A stretch of DNA of 64,000 nucleotides from Trichosphaerium sp. ATCC 40318 (taxonomy: Eukaryota; Protista; Tubulinea), in the NCBI GenBank assembly GCA_038496445.1, contig JALMLS010000130.1:124001-188000 (forward strand), read 5' to 3'. The position numbers and the translations under genes are program-made. Below, one piece after another: positions 1 to 14,971 of the stretch (position 1 is the first letter of the stretch; every line of letters begins with the position of its first letter). Under the pieces are notes generated by a model. That model was given only the letters and a program-made list of their open reading frames with translations. It ran no database searches and had not been told where the DNA came from.

Positions 1-2474
1 TTCAAACTTCCTTCAACAAAAAAAGTCAGACTTGGGATTTTTTTGGTTGTTGCTAACAACGTACTTTGATGCTTTTGGTGGGTATGTAGTATGATCCAAG
101 GTATAGTATTCAAACTTAAATGATGTGCTTAAATTAGAATAAGCTGTTATAAAGCCATCACAGCTTGCTTTTGCAATATGTGATGAACCAGCGCATGTTA
201 ACCTACAACGTATTATTACTAAGAACTAGTTAAGGCTTTGGCCATTATAACGAACCTGTGGACTTGTGTTGGGTCTTTACAATCTATACTAGTAACATAA
301 AGATGATTTTCTACATGACTATCCTTTGAACCATGAAAGTAGATTAAGCCACGTGCCTAGTAAAATAATCAAAAAAGTCTCAAGGGTTTTTTCAAAACTC
401 CATACATTGTCTACCACAAGGCTTGCGTTTTGTACTTGCCAATCACCCTAAATACATGTATTTAGTTTAAAATACTTATGGTTAATATCGTACTGATGTT
501 ATTGGTGTTTCATCATAAGTGCCACCTTTATTTGGTGTCAACAAATAAAGGTGATTGTAACCTGATTTTTCAGATGGGTATATTACTCTTCCAGACCCAT
601 CACTGAAAAAATACAATGGTTTCACAGCGTTGGCCTGGTAAATTCAGTATTTGGGCGTATATTAATCGAACAATTTGTGGGACTACTTCAAGAATAGCAC
701 AAAATAAACAGCTTAAAGAAATCTGTATGGAGTTGTGTACTTACATTTATCCATAAATCCGTTGTCTCATCAGCAAGAACAGTAAGGCCTGATGCTTCGG
801 TTTTAGGATTCGTAGTGAATTCTGTTACATCAATAGACGCAAATACAAGGTGCTGTTGTAGTCTATCAACAAACCACACCCACACCCTTTGTCAACAAAG
901 TCAGTTTATAAGTTCGAAAGGTTTGTTCATGTCACGTACTTGTCTCCGCTTGGAAACCAGCCTGCTGTTACTAAATACTCCATCCAAGGAAACCTTTCTT
1001 TTAGCGTTGGCGTCAAATTCTTTTGTGTAACTTTAGGATCTTTAGGCTACAATAAAAGTCAAAAATCAAAAAAAAACAAATAGTTGAAATAAAACAACAA
1101 CTGGATTTTACGAAATTCTATGAACTTCGTGTCAAGTTGAATTCTTGAAAATTGTTGAAATGTTAAAACCAATAAATGCTAGTGGCCAAGAAGAAGAACT
1201 AAAACGATAAAGAAGGTTGAAAATGTAAAGGTAGGGAATTTTTGTTGTACGTTTGATAAGTCTATTTCTGCCATGTGCAATGTAAAAGTGCAATTGACGT
1301 CCCCTATACTCTGGTGAGATAATGAAATAAGACTCAATATATTATTTACCAGCTAAGGGATAAGGGAAGGTGTCTACATCACCTCTAAATCCTGATTCCG
1401 GCATGGAAAATGTAGGAACATTACGTTCATCTGTTTTTACATAAAAAATTTTGTAGACATTTCCTTCCGGTTTTGGAGACCACCAATAGCCTGTGTAACG
1501 ATAGAACTCTTCCTATTATACTCGCATGAGTCTACATGAGCGTATATACAACTTGGAGCTTACCTGAGCTATATAATCGGCAGAACCAGAGTAAACTCGG
1601 ATGTCAGGGTCGTTCTCTAAATAACACCGTTAGAATTGCACAGAAAAGAATCAAAAGCAATATTTTAGATGTAGAGTAGACGATATGAGTGCTTTTAAAA
1701 GAAACTGACGAGCATCGTTAACGGTTTTTTTTTTCTCAAAACTTGCCTGGATTTGTTTGTGTTATGCGATATTCTGCGTTTGTAGCAACGTCGGTGATCC
1801 AAATGTCATTGTGCCTTATGAACGATATGTACTTTGTATCTGGAGAGAATTGTGGGTCCACACGAGCTCCTTTTGAAGTGGTTGGCACTTCTTTTGGCAC
1901 CTTGTCTTTCTTTTCGATTTTAACTATTAAAAATCGTAGTCTCACGCATCTGACGTACCTTGGTATTATCAACAATGAACAAACTGCCAAGCGTGTCAAG
2001 AAGAAACTTGTCACCGCTATCCGGTAAATACGCAATAATAATAGGTTATACGTGCGTTTGGTTGTAAATAAACGATGTTAGACCCCATCCTCTACTTCTC
2101 ATTCGTTCGCGGCGTAAAATCTCCTCTAGTATACCTTAGAACCTTATTTATTGTTTGGACGTGCCTTTAGTTCGTGGTATGTCATCTCGATCTAGAACTG
2201 TTGTGTCATTCAGTAATAACCTCCAACCTACTTCTAGAACGTTGTTAGTACAGTATAGCGCGTTTTGATCAAATGAAAGCTAAAATAGAATGTTAGTACC
2301 TTTGGCATCTTCTGCAGTATCCAAGTAAAATAGTTGGCTCGTTTTGGTAGCACCAACGCCAGTATAAAATACTTTCGAGCCGTTGGTGGAGAAAGTAAGA
2401 TTAGATGGTACACAAGGTGTATCTTTGGCCTGTAGAGCATCATTTAACGCTTTACGTAGTGCTTTAACGTCCAT
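1..2474 (-). CDS. Dipeptidyl peptidase IV family (DPP8/9-like, S9B); N-terminal propeller part, multi-exon, runs off the window start
   Basis: Spliced translation gives PRTKEEILRRERMRS, DPQFSPDTKYISFIRHNDIW, SGSADYIAQEEFYRYTGYWWSP and ARGLIYFHGSKDSHVENHLYV, all typical DPP8/9 propeller motifs. ATG at 2474. The catalytic domain lies outside the window. Confidence 0.88.
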
Positions 2475-2606
2475 TGTAAACTTATTTGTGCTATCAACGT
2501 CAATTACAGTCAAAATTCATTGTACAATTAAATCCTGAACCAAACAGGCAGTTCCTTGTTTACCATAAACACCTTTCAATAAAATGGAATCATATCCTTA
2601 AATACA

Positions 2607-5600
2607 ATGGCTGAAGAAGAGCGTTTATTGATTACAAAGGCGCCTACGGGTTGGCCTGTAAAAGAATGGAATGCTTTTAGCGATTCATTAACGGTCGCGT
2701 TCAAATGCGATAATTTTAATGTGGAAGGAACTGCAAATTGGGCTGAGTACTCTGGGTACGTAAATACGTTATATTGTATGATCTTAAGCCTAAATGTTAA
2801 CACTAGTTTGATTTTTCGGACAGTGTTCCACTTGAAACTTAAATGCAATATTGTACATAACCACCATAAGCGTTATTACGCGTATAACAAACTAGAAGAG
2901 TATTTTCGTAATGTTGCTTCAAACTGGCTTATAAACAACTTTTCAACTGCTCCTGCGCGAGCACAGTTACTAGAGGAATATGCGAGGTGTTGGGTACGTA
3001 TTATAACATTTTTGAAACGCGCCTTCAGCGAAAAACTTTGACAATGTTGGAAGAACACGTGTTACAAAATACCAACCGACATTCTTTCCTTTTTCATCTA
3101 ACAATCAAAAACAAAGGCTCATTGGACAAATGTCACCCAGTATATTCATGATGTATTCTCAATGGTATGATACTTCTCTGTGATCTCGATTTCAATGTTG
3201 TTTTTCTACCTATTAATTTTGTTTGTAGCACAGTTTTTCCGCACAACCTGGCCTTATCCTTAATGTCTTTTCTATGGGTATTAAGGCATGGAGAGAATAC
3301 ATGCATTTAAAGATAGCTTCTAAGTTAATCATGGCTACTATAAATGTTACAAAAGATATTGGGGTAAGGAATCAGTTACCTCAACTGTTGCCTCCAATCA
3401 TTAAGTGTACAAGTATGGACCATTGTATTATTTTTTGTCGTCTTTTTGAATCCTCCACGACTTGGTTTTATTTACTCACTGTTTAGTTATTATAACGGAG
3501 AGTAAACCTCTGGACTTGTATATAACTAGTATTTTGACACCTTATGTTGATTGGATGCGCTCTCATTACACTGGAAAGTGTGAAAATTGGATTGGTAAAG
3601 GCACCAAGAACTTTATTAGGAAGGTACATCACAAAGCGTTTATCATTTTACTTGACACTCACAGGATCTATTAGATTACCAATGCTCAAGAAACTGAATT
3701 AAACTGTATAAATATGTACAAATTAGCGATTGATGAAGAGGTGCTTAACTTCCTTAGTTTGAAAACATGCACTTTTTTATTCTAATTTTTTTGGCTTCTA
3801 AAGGGTGATACTTTCTCTTCTGTGTATGCGGTTTTACTTCATCGATGTTGGAGAGTAGCTAAAAATATATTGGATTTGGAAGAGCATTACGGTAAAGCTA
3901 TACAGAGCCTGTACGAAAAGGTAAGAAAAAAAAGAGAAAAGAGAATCTTTTGTATTATCTGCGAATACGTTTTCTTACATTTTACGAAGGTTGATAAAAT
4001 AATGGATGATTGTATATCTTCTTATAAAGTCGATGTGCTTGGTTTCGCTTCAGAGTTATACGATACACAAAAATACAGCGACTTATCAAAGTCACATAAG
4101 CTTTTAATGAAAGTTGGTTCTGATGGCATCTTACACATCGTCAGTGACCATATTTACGGGATGCTTTGTACATTCTTTGAAAGCAACAAACCTTATAATG
4201 ACTTAAGCAAAGTAAGTACGAAACAAATATTATCACGTGAAGCGCAGAGACATAACTTTTTTTTTTCTATTTTAGGGTCTTTCAACAAAAGTTGTAGAAA
4301 CTCTTCATGGTACTTTATCCTATGCAAATGATATTGGCAAGAAGATCTTTGATGAAACTCCGTTTAGTAAATATGTTGATACAGTACGAATCTATTGAGA
4401 GTTCGTCGTGTAATACTAATTTTTTGCTTTGTAGAAATTCAATCAATTTTTTAAAGAGAACAGTGACACTCTTATATCTGTGCTGTGCCATTTTATTCAT
4501 GAATCAATGACCAGTAGAGTTTCTTCAGAGAAGGTATAGAAGAGAGTTTCGTTATAATCCACTTCACTGACTATCAATAATCGCTGGTTGTTTACGTTTC
4601 TTTCGTAGGAATTTTTCAGAAAATGCGATTTTGTTTTGGTACTTGTACATTATGTAAATGATATCGATTTACTCCTAGGTACACCTAGACCCACGTTTTA
4701 GTTATTTATCATAACCTTATACACCTTTTAGAGTTTTTGGGACGCAGAATGATGAAGAGACTGATTGGTAATGCAAACACAATGTGTTCATTTAACGAAG
4801 AACAAGAAAAGTACTTTATTGGTAACTTGAAGGCACGTGCCTTTAGAGAGTTTATGTTATGAGAGTATTAACTTTGCATTAAGAGATACTTTGGTCCTTC
4901 TTCAACACATAAAATGGACAGGATAATAAAGACATTTTCTGTTTCAAAGGCATTCTCAAAGAGCTTTGATGAATGGCAAAAAGAAGTAATGAAAGGTAAA
5001 AAAGCAACATCAGAAGTTTCTACTCTGGGTACGCCTTTCTATTAATAATATGAATTGTATCACTATATTAACCAATTTTAAGTAATACCTTGTGGACTGC
5101 CTATAAATGTTGAACAGTGCGAGTTATCGTATATTCCTCCCATGTTAGAAAAACTAAAGCTACTTTTCAATGAATTTTACAAATTTAAGTTTGGTGGTGC
5201 TAGACGACTTACGTTCATGTGGGCATATTCTTCTATGGTTGTAAAGGCTAAATTTAACCAAGGTACGGGATTATTAAGACATACGCTAGTTTTTGTAATT
5301 CAGTAACTTCAAGAACTTGTGGACTTGTCAGAAACCTGTGCTTTTATTTCTGTTTGCTTTCAAAGAACAATTTCTAACTTCTTTTGTAACCAGCGAAAAC
5401 TTATGTAATGCATATGCCCTTATTATCTTATGTCGCATTGTGTATAATAGAAGAGAGAAATGAAGAGACTTTATTCTCCACGCTTAAAGGTAAACAAGAT
5501 AAGTTTCTTATTTTTTTCCTAGTTTAGCTTCCTTTTAAATTCTAACGGTAATTTTTTAGAAGTATCAGGTGTTGGAGAAAAAGCGTTGCAACTAGCAGTG

Positions 5601-6276
5601 ATTACTCTAGTTCGTGGAAGAGTACTGATTAAAGAGCCAAAGTCATCAATATTATTGGATAGTGATACATTCAAGATAAACTTTAAATTTAAAAGCAGAA
5701 ATATACGACTTAAGCTCAGACCTGCAATAAATAGAGAGATAAGGAAAACTAAACAAGAGCAGACTAAAAGCTTTATACTAAAAGAGCGCAACTTGGTACG
5801 GAATAACAAGTTATCAGATATTCGCCATGTTCGCATTGTGGCAACTTAATATGGTAGTTCATCGAATTATTATTGCTAACTATTTTTTTTTATTGCAGAA
5901 GCTAGATGCAGCAATAGTTCGTGTTATGAAGGCTAGAAAGGTTATTTCACATGTGGAGTTAGTAGGTATGCTTTTGCGTTAATTTTCAAGGAGCACGTGG
6001 CGATGAACAGTTTTTTCTCACCTTTCTCATCAGTTTTTATGCATTTTTTATTGCTTGTACTTTTACTCACATTTACTGCTCTTGTAGATCAAGTAACAAA
6101 ACAACTTCAACGTACTTTTGTACCACAACCTACTTCAATAAAGCGTAGAATACAAAGCCTGATTGGAAGGGAATTCTTGGATAGGGACCCAAAGAACTTG
6201 TACGACTGTAGTTGGTTACTCTTTTTTTTTCTACAAACTCACACCCACTAGCTCGCTCTATCGTTATCTTGCTTGA
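2607..6276 (+). CDS. Divergent cullin (cullin-RING ligase scaffold), about 19 introns
   Basis: C-terminal neddylation/WH-B motif KLDAAIVRVMKARKVISHVELVDQVTKQLQRTFVPQPTSIKRRIQSLIGREFLDRDPKNFSLYRYLA*. Cullin-homology segments EQEKYFIGNLK/RYFGPSSTHKMDRI and GGARRLTFMW. The N-terminus is cullin-repeat-like. Confidence 0.92.
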
Positions 6277-7186
6277 AAAACTAAAAAAGGTTTGTAAAGA
6301 AAATAATAAACTAGTGTATTCACAGAACCTAACAACCACAGTTTTTTTAAATCATCTAAACTACTTGTTTGTATTTTTTTCCTTTTTTTTTTTTGAATTG
6401 GTTCATGTGCTACGCAGACTCTAGAATTCAAATTGTAATAACTACTATTTCAGTCTCTGGTTATGACTGGAATACAAGCTGTAAGCTTGAAGTTTAAATT
6501 AGAAATAGCTACAAGCATGTCCAGTAAATGAGCTTTGTGCTACAATTGTGCACGTGCTCAGAATTGCACTCCTCAACCTTGACCACATGCGATTCTTCTT
6601 GCTCAAAACCCACAGTGCCCCTTACCATTTAAAATTGTTATTTCTGCTTACAAATTTGGTTGACACCAGTTATGGATTGCAACAATTTCTCAACAAAACT
6701 CAATAACTTTAGCTAATGATAAGCTGTAAGTAAACGTTCTTTGTTCGTTTTGTAGCGTATTGTATCACTTCAGCTTAGTTTTACACTTGTGTGTTTGCTA
6801 TTTGGCTAAACCTTGATATATATGCGGTTTTCTACCTTAATTAGTTGCTTTACGTGCGTAGGCAAGTGTATGTAAGCTATTACAAAACCAGGCGTATTTG
6901 TAACTTTGAGCTATCATTAATAGAAGGTGTTACCGCATAATTTATTTTTTGTTACGAACAACAAGTTAAGTAAGTACTTGCCTTTTTTGGACCAGTTTAC
7001 CTTATCTCAAACGCTCTCGCTAGAATTAATGTGTGAAACCAATTGCCCTATTTTGGATTTACCAACAACTCAAGTTCTACGTAGTAGGTTTCTTGGAAGT
7101 ACGTTTATTTTAGAGAAGTTTCGCAAATTTGTTGCCATTTTTGGTAAAACTGGCCTTTATCTCAAATTCACAACATTAACAACACC

Positions 7187-8902
7187 ATGAGCTCGCTAGC
7201 TATTTTAGTATTGTGTTTTATAGCGTTATCACACTGTACGCTAACAATTTCGGTACGTTTTGTTATAAAAACTTTGTAGGAACAGCACTACGCGCACCGT
7301 TAGCGACACTTTGCTAAAAACCTGCGAAAAACCTCTTTTTCTTTTTTTTGCTTCATGACACTTTAAAACTATGTACCAGCTAAAAGGGCTGTAAGAGTTG
7401 CATAAACAACGCACTAACAGGCTTTTAAAAACCAAAGGAACAAAAACCAGCGCTGTTTTTTTTGCAACTCTAGAATCTCTTCTTTTGTAGCAACAATGTT
7501 CATACACTGTTCGTGCTTGTGTTCTTATTGTGTGTGTAGACTCTTAGCTGGAACGGTGAACAGAGTCCAGACTGCAAAAATGAATCTGATATCATTCATC
7601 AAGACATCTACAACTTTAATGATTGCAACATCGCTTATACAGACACAATGACTTTTTTTACTGAGCCAACTCAGGGAGAATTTGGTGTCTCTGACGTCCC
7701 AATCGCTTCATTTCGCTATGAACGGTGTGATACACTCAAAAGCCGGGCCAAAATCAGAGGCTACACGGGTAGTCATTGCCAACCAAAGACATATGTACCT
7801 GGTCTTTACATTGCTACTCGATGCAGATCTGATTTTTACCCTTTTGCAACCAACGTAGAATGCAATGGAACCAACCCTGTGCGTTTTTTGAAAAACTCGC
7901 TTTTTTTTTCTGGTTGAAAAAACTTGACTAAACACAATTGTTTTTGTGTGTTCTATTGTCTCCCGCTATGTTTATAAAACTTATTTTTGTTAGAGAATTA
8001 GAACTCCTGATAGAGTTAGAGTGGAAATATTTGAAAACAACACTAATTGTGAAGGAGAACCAACAAGGTATGAAGCACATCCTTCAATCACAGGCCTTGA
8101 TTCTACATGTCATGAGGTACCTTTTTTTTTTAAAGCATTGAAGGTATGCATGTGCTCACTAAACACAGGGTCATTTTAAACTAAAGAACAACCCTAATGA
8201 GTATGATTTGAACACGTGCTTGTCTTCAGTAAATGGTATAGTCCACACTTATTCAGTAAGATACCTTTGCTTTGAGCAACCTCTTTTGCCAGCTGTTGTT
8301 CCAATTGCACCATCACCACCTGTTGCACCTATTACTGCAGGACCTACCCCATCTACAACATTTCCACCATCTGTACAACCAACAATACCATTTGAACCAC
8401 CAACGGTAAAAGCTCCTGCTACACGCCCACCTCCTGTAGCACCTACAGCGCCAACTTTTCCAACTGCATACCCTACTACCACACCTACTGCAACTCCCAC
8501 TACACGCCCACCTAATACTGTAGTACCTACAACGCCGTACCCTCCTACAGCACAACCTACTACTGAAGCACCTACTACACCAACGGTTCCTAGTGCTGCT
8601 ATTACAACGCCTACTACTACCAAGAGTGTATCAAATGGTACTTTTTTTTCTTTTTTTTTTCTCAGAAGTATGCTGATTTGGTTCTTATTTTTTTTTTAGT
8701 TATTGTATACGTTGCTATTGCAATTGCTGTAATTGCTCTAATTATTGCTATTGTTGGCGTAATACTTGTTTCTGTAAAAGGTGGAAGCAACAGTGCTGAC
8801 TCGTACGTTAACTTTCTTTCTTGTAGACAATCAGCTATATGAATGTTAAGGGAAGATTACTAACACCTTTTTTATAGGTATACTCGTGCTAGCAACTTGT
8901 AA
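7187..8902 (+). CDS. Single-pass surface protein: signal peptide, Cys-rich domain, Pro/Thr mucin stalk, TM, short tail
   Basis: Signal-like MSSLAILVLCFIALSHC; P/T-rich exon 8208-8637; TM IVYVAIAIAVIALIIAIVGVILV; stop TAA at 8900-8902. Confidence 0.75.
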
Positions 8903-9356
8903 AACGTGAACAAAACAAATAAAGAACATTTTATTAATAACAAATATTGTTGTAGACAAAGATATTGAAATACCAAAGTTGGCCACTTGTTACTATAACG
9001 TGCCTACAATCTGGGTAAATTAAGTACAGCTACAATTTCTTAGAGACTACACATTAGGTTAGCACAGGTAACCTAACGTACATGTAAGGAATAAAGCGTA
9101 CATCGAATACGGGCACTTGGTAGAAAATGGAAAAAAAAAGCATCACAATCGTCAAAAACATGGGAACAAACACTTTAGCCCAAATGCCACATTACATAAA
9201 AAAAAATGTGGAGATGCCCTTAATAAGTAGCACCACCTTGTTGTGCTTGTTTTTACTTTATTCCCTAAACTCTATTGAGCAGTGTAGTGTGTGCTATGAA
9301 CTCCAAGTCTCGGTATATTTTTTTTTACTTTAAAGTTATTTTACAATCGGCTAATA

Positions 9357-12300
9357 TTACGTCACAGAGATATTACCAGTATTATCAGAAGGTTCAATAA
9401 AGAACACAAGATCAGAAGGTTCAACAAGTACAGATGCTTTTGGACATGTATAGACATAAGGAAGAGGTGCATTCTAAAAGAAATGAATAAGTAAGCTTAC
9501 TTTTTGAAGAAAAAAAAAATCGAACAAACAGTATGCAGTGCTACGTACTGTCTTCGTTCTGTATAAGGCTACTGGTAAAAGCCCCTTCTTAAGACACCTT
9601 GTATAGAATTTTCCAAACCGTTCCTAATTAAATGAATTTAACACCATAGAGTGGTACACGTGTATGAAGTTTGCTACTATTTTTTTTTGGTTTAAAGTGT
9701 GTTGTACCTTTTTATTGTTTTCAACAATATCAGACATTGGAACAACACTCATAGCGTTTGGATTTAAAAAAAGTCTGAATAACTGTGCTACAGATTTATT
9801 GAAGAAAACCTGGCACATCATTGCATCAAGACCGAAACTATTAAAGACATTACCTAGAACAGTTTGAGTTTCTTTAAAAAAAAAAACCATATCATGGTTA
9901 TTTTGGCTTACCAGAGACGTATGTAGGATGATATACAGGTGGTATTGTAGCTATTTCTAGTCTCTCATAATTTGCATTTGGTCCAGTGAACTTTAACGGA
10001 AGGACCTAATTACAAGGAGATAAGTGACTTTAAGTTTGTAGAAGAAAAAACACAAGAGATATTTACCTTTGTATTATTAAGCTCTGCTAGCTCTATCAAG
10101 GGCAGGATATGCATCTTTCTTAGTATCTTATAAGTAAGTATAGACTTTGCATCAAGTTCACTTCGACTAACTAAAAAGCGTGTTAAAACAAACAATCTTG
10201 AAATAAAAGCAAAATGGTTTTTTGCAAATCGTACTGTCCGGATTGTTTTTATTGTAACGTGGCATGATAACAACCTTGAATGCCTTTTTAACTCTTGCAG
10301 ATTTTAGAACCGCCTTATCACAGGGAGATCCTATGTATAGCATAAATGACAAGAGTATGTTATCACAATGATGAGAACAAAAGAAATATAAAAGTATGAA
10401 CACAAATTTGGTACATTGCTTTGTAGCAAGCATGTGCGTATCTGTGCCGCTATAGTTTAAAAACGAGTCATATATCATACCTCTAATATAATACAATTCT
10501 TCAAAAGTTGACATCCATAGTATAGCGCTTTCATGACAAGGTTTTTCAGAAACAAATACAATTGGTCTGATTTTATCCTTTTTTTTCCCTGCAGCTGTAC
10601 TATTCCTTATACTCTTGGCTGTAGATTTAAGACGGAAAGCAAATATGAAAGATGCCATAGAATGAGCTAGATCACCACATACAACAATGTGGTCCTTTGA
10701 GAAGAAAAAAATCAGAAAAAAAAAAGAAAAAAAGGTAGAGGAGGAAGCTACAGTTACGTTCTACTACACTTACCTTTATTTTCCTTTTCTTCAAATTAAG
10801 GTTAGTAACGCTTTCTATATTAAAATCATCATCATCTCCTTTATCACGTAGTTTAAGATGAGGTGTCTACAAACCAAAATTAATCCGGAAAAAAACAACT
10901 TCCTTTTTTGCTTTAAATCGTACAATGTCATCTGAAAGTCCCCATATTGGCGAAGCTATACTAGCTGTTATAGGTAGTACTTTTTCTATTTTTTCTTCAA
11001 CTTCCTCCTTGGGATCAACGAACAATTGTTGCAAGTCAAGCTTTTTTGTTGGAGCATCAACAACAACCCCCTATTAGACAAACTCAGAAAAAAACGTAAA
11101 AAGAATAACACCAATTACCTTCAAGTGTGCAAGTTCTTCTCCTTGTAATCCATCACCATAAAGATCATCAGCTTCTGTAACCTTTTGTAGTGCCTGGGAG
11201 TGAATAGTTGATCGTAGAATTGACTGAACAGTCTTGCCATCAGGAGAAATAAAATATCCCAAATCTGAGCCCTATAACAAATTCAGTTTGTTAACAACTC
11301 AAACCTCTGATTTCCTTGGAATGATTTGTCTTACCTTGATGACGTAATCGTTATCCGGATTTAAGCATACAATATGAGCAAAGTTCTCAGCATCTTCAAC
11401 GTCTTCATCATCTTTTGTGGCTTTAAGAATACCTGGTTTCAAAAAACGAAGTCCAATCAGCATAACATTACTTTCCTCATAAACAGCTTTGCATGCTTGA
11501 CCGTATGTTAATCCAGCAAAATTATGAAGTTTCCCAGACTCATAAAGTTCGTAACCACGTCCCCACTCTAGTAAGAAAATCAAAAAGCAACGAAAGAAGC
11601 CAAACACTAAAAGTTGATTTAAGGGTTTATGGCGTACCATACTCATTCAGCCATGGGTTATATCGGAATCCGTTGTTACCTTTAAATGGTCTTGAAGATG
11701 TAAAAAGATTTGTTATGAAAGTAGAGAACCCAGGAGAAAGACAAGTCTTTGCGATAAGAACATGTCTCCATTGATTCGCACAAAGTGCATTCTCCAGTCC
11801 TTGTCTTAGAGCTAATAACTGATAGTCACTGTTATACAATTGTACGTATATATCTACGTTAGGGGCCTTTTGTCTAGCATTCAGAGCTAACAATGAAGCA
11901 CCTATTAACATTGTTCGTAAGGGCTACATTCTTAAGAAAAAAGTAGGAAAGTTGCGTTCACAGTACAAAAAAAAAAGGGTACGCACGTGAGTCCACACCA
12001 AAGCTATCGTGCACGTCTTGTACTTTTTTCGTGAAAACAAAAACTGCTCTGTAAGAAATAAATAAAAATGGAACCACCATTGACCGTAGTGTCTACATAC
12101 TTGGCTTTACTCAGATGGACAATATCACTCTTAGCAATATCCTTAAAGTCCATCTCAATGAATTGAGTCCGTCTACGATAAAATGGCTCTTTCATAACAC
12201 TCATAAGCTCATTGGATAGATCTTCACGCTTTCCGACAATAATCAAAGACATTTGACGATGTAAACGATCCTAGAACAAAAAGCTCAGTTGATTTTATAG

Positions 12301-13985
12301 GCACCAAAAAAGTTGCTCACCTTGTGGAAGTACTCTTTCAAAAAAGTTAACATATCAGCTCCACGCGGTACAGCAATTGAGAACTCGTTAACTGGCGCAG
12401 ATACACCAACTAAACTTCAATATTAGGAGCAAATTTCAACGTTAAATTGTTGTGAATATTAAAATATAACATACCACGAAGTTGTCTTGAAACAAAGTAT
12501 GGTACAGCAACAGTTGCACCGAGTGTCATTACTATAGTAGTTATCATTCCAAGAAGTGTATCCGGGGAGAAATCTCCATAACCGACAGTCGAGACGCTAT
12601 TAGTAAATCATTAAAGTCCAAAAGGAATCAAAAAAACGTACGTTATTACAACAAAATAAAATGAATCCAAGAGGTTGTTTATTGGGCCTTCTGTTGTAAC
12701 ACTGTTCTCAGCTGCGAAACTAAGAAAAGCAAATACAGATATAAATGCAAAAACAGAAAGAACTGAGTAAGCTGGTGAAGCCAAATCATTCTCTACGCAT
12801 ATGATCCATGTTAAAACAAAACTACGATTCTATCTTTCTTCTTAGACTTACGAGAGGGATCAAGAAAAGCAAATTTCTTTGAGTCACGGAACCGCACGAG
12901 TGCAAAGTATACCATGAGAATACGAAAAGATAGTACATACCTGTTACAAGTGAGAATGTAAAAACTTATTTTTTGAAGAATCACGGAACAAATTAAATTT
13001 CTTGAATCGAGAAGCAAGGGGAAGAATATGTACACGAGGACGCACCATTGGTACTCTCCAAGAACGACACCACCGAATCCGCCAACAATTGTAATCAGAG
13101 GAATGAATAAAGTAACGTAAGTGTCTATGACAGACATTTGCATGAGCTTCATAAAAACATTAGTAGTTGCAAGGTGGAAAACACTTTCACTTTATAGTGT
13201 ACGTACAGCGAGTTTGATGAACTGAATAACAAGAATGATTATGGTGTAAATAAGTTCCAAAGATATCAATACTTTACTCTCGAGGAGCCTTTTAGCTTCT
13301 TCTTTATCGTCAGGCTAGAAGACAAAATCGTTAACTGATATTTTTCTTTTCAACAAAGTTCAAGCCCAAAAACGATCATACCCCCAGTAATCCCACTCGG
13401 ATGCCAACATAAAGTAAGCTGCCAGCACTCGCTAGCGATATAACAAATAAAATCGCCTCCTAGTGTAAACGTGAGTACAGTGAGCAAAGAAAGTTACATT
13501 TGCTGGAAGTTTTTTGGTAGAATGGTTTAAAACGCTTGCCAGTACAATAGAACTCCATCCAATGGCGAATCGGTAGCGTGTACGCTGTAATACCCGTACA
13601 AACTTAGAGCTACCAGTTTTGACCCTCAAAATACCCACCTAGAGCGGGATAAGGGTAATGTTTTATGTTCACACAATACCGAATGGTTCAGCAGGGCAAT
13701 GAGTGTTGTTAGCGCAAATGCAATCAGTATTGATACTCCCTGTATGATCTATGCGCGTGTTAATTAGTTTTAAGGAGAATGGTGTGCGTTTTTCTCCGAG
13801 TCAGTTGTATAGAATTACAATAGTCGTACAAACACCGAATCCAAGCCAAATGTCTCATTTAGTTTATCCGACGTGAAAAAAGAAAAATAAGTCAATACAG
13901 TGGTGGAAGCGTATAGCCAGTAATATCCAATAGCCTGTAAGAGCGCAATACTGCTTAAATAAATAGGGTAAAGAATGAAAAACAT
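9357..13985 (-). CDS. Slo/BK-type Ca2+-activated potassium channel alpha subunit with RCK domains
   Basis: Pore segment DSFYFVVIT/VSTVGYGDFSP; S4-like YVLSFRILMVY; RCK motifs LIAKTCLSPGFSTFITNL and KDHIVVCGDL; C-terminal LPYVYTCP. The start codon is approximate. Confidence 0.9.
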
Positions 13986-14094
13986 GTTCTTTTCATCAGA
14001 TCCTCATGAATGTAGTGGCTTCATGTCTTACTCTTCAGTTTGTAATGTTTTGACGTGTTTATACGTTTAGAATATATTAAGTCACAGCAGTTAA

Positions 14095-14971
14095 ATGTCA
14101 GAACCGGATTTAGACACCCTACGCGCAGAAGTAGCCAAGTGGAAAACTCTAGCGTTCAAGAGCACAGTTGGTGGGTATTTTTGATTTAGTTACTTTAACC
14201 TGACCTCAAAGACAAGCAAATAACAATAGACGATGTGAGAGCGACGCCCGAGTATCAGGGACTAGTTAAAAGATTAACGAAAGAAGAACATCGTTGGGAG
14301 AAGCTCAGACGTATTTGTAGCGTAAAGGATAGACAATACGCGCAGTCCAGTAATAAAGCACAAGAAAACTACGCTAAACTGGCGCAAAGCAAGGATGTGA
14401 GCTTTTATTAGCCCTTGTGATTACTAATAAAAGCAGGGTGACCTACGCATTTATGAACAAATGGCAATGGCTTACAAAACCCAATACGAAATCATAGAAG
14501 CCAAGTACAACGCAATACTAGAGCAGTACAAGGATAGTACAGTCAAAGCGCAAGATAGTAATCAAGTACGATCTAAACGGCATTACACGCCTGTAGATGC
14601 ATAGCCAAACGTTGCTAAACATGTCACAGGAATCTACACAGTTGAAAAACGAATTAGCAAACCAAAGACAGAAAGTAAGCCGTTAGCCACTGAGCACATT
14701 ACAGCAACGCTGTTACTCATTTTTGATGACTTGAATTACAGGTTGACAACCTACAAAAAGAAAACGCTGAACTAAAAAGAGAAAACGAAAAAATGAAAAA
14801 AATATTGGCAAAACCCGAGGATGAAAGGATAACACAACTTAGTGCAGGTACCAAAAATAAATACCCGTTTATCAGTTAACATACTGAATGGCTTTTTTGT
14901 TAGAATTAGCTATTATGCGGCAGGATAGAGAGATTATGCTGAAAGAAATGGAATTATTAAAATCTCAATAG
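14095..14971 (+). CDS. Small coiled-coil protein, multi-exon, function unknown
   Basis: MSEPDLDTLRAEVAKWKTL start; heptad-rich exons such as VDNLQKENAELKRENEKMKKIL joined by GT-AG introns; TAG at 14969-14971. Confidence 0.6.

Noticed and set aside
6440-6730. Possible small minus-strand gene or relic (similar exon-like patches at about 29150-29400 and 61730-61860)
   Set aside because: These show exon-like composition only, with no recognisable motif or confident start and stop.
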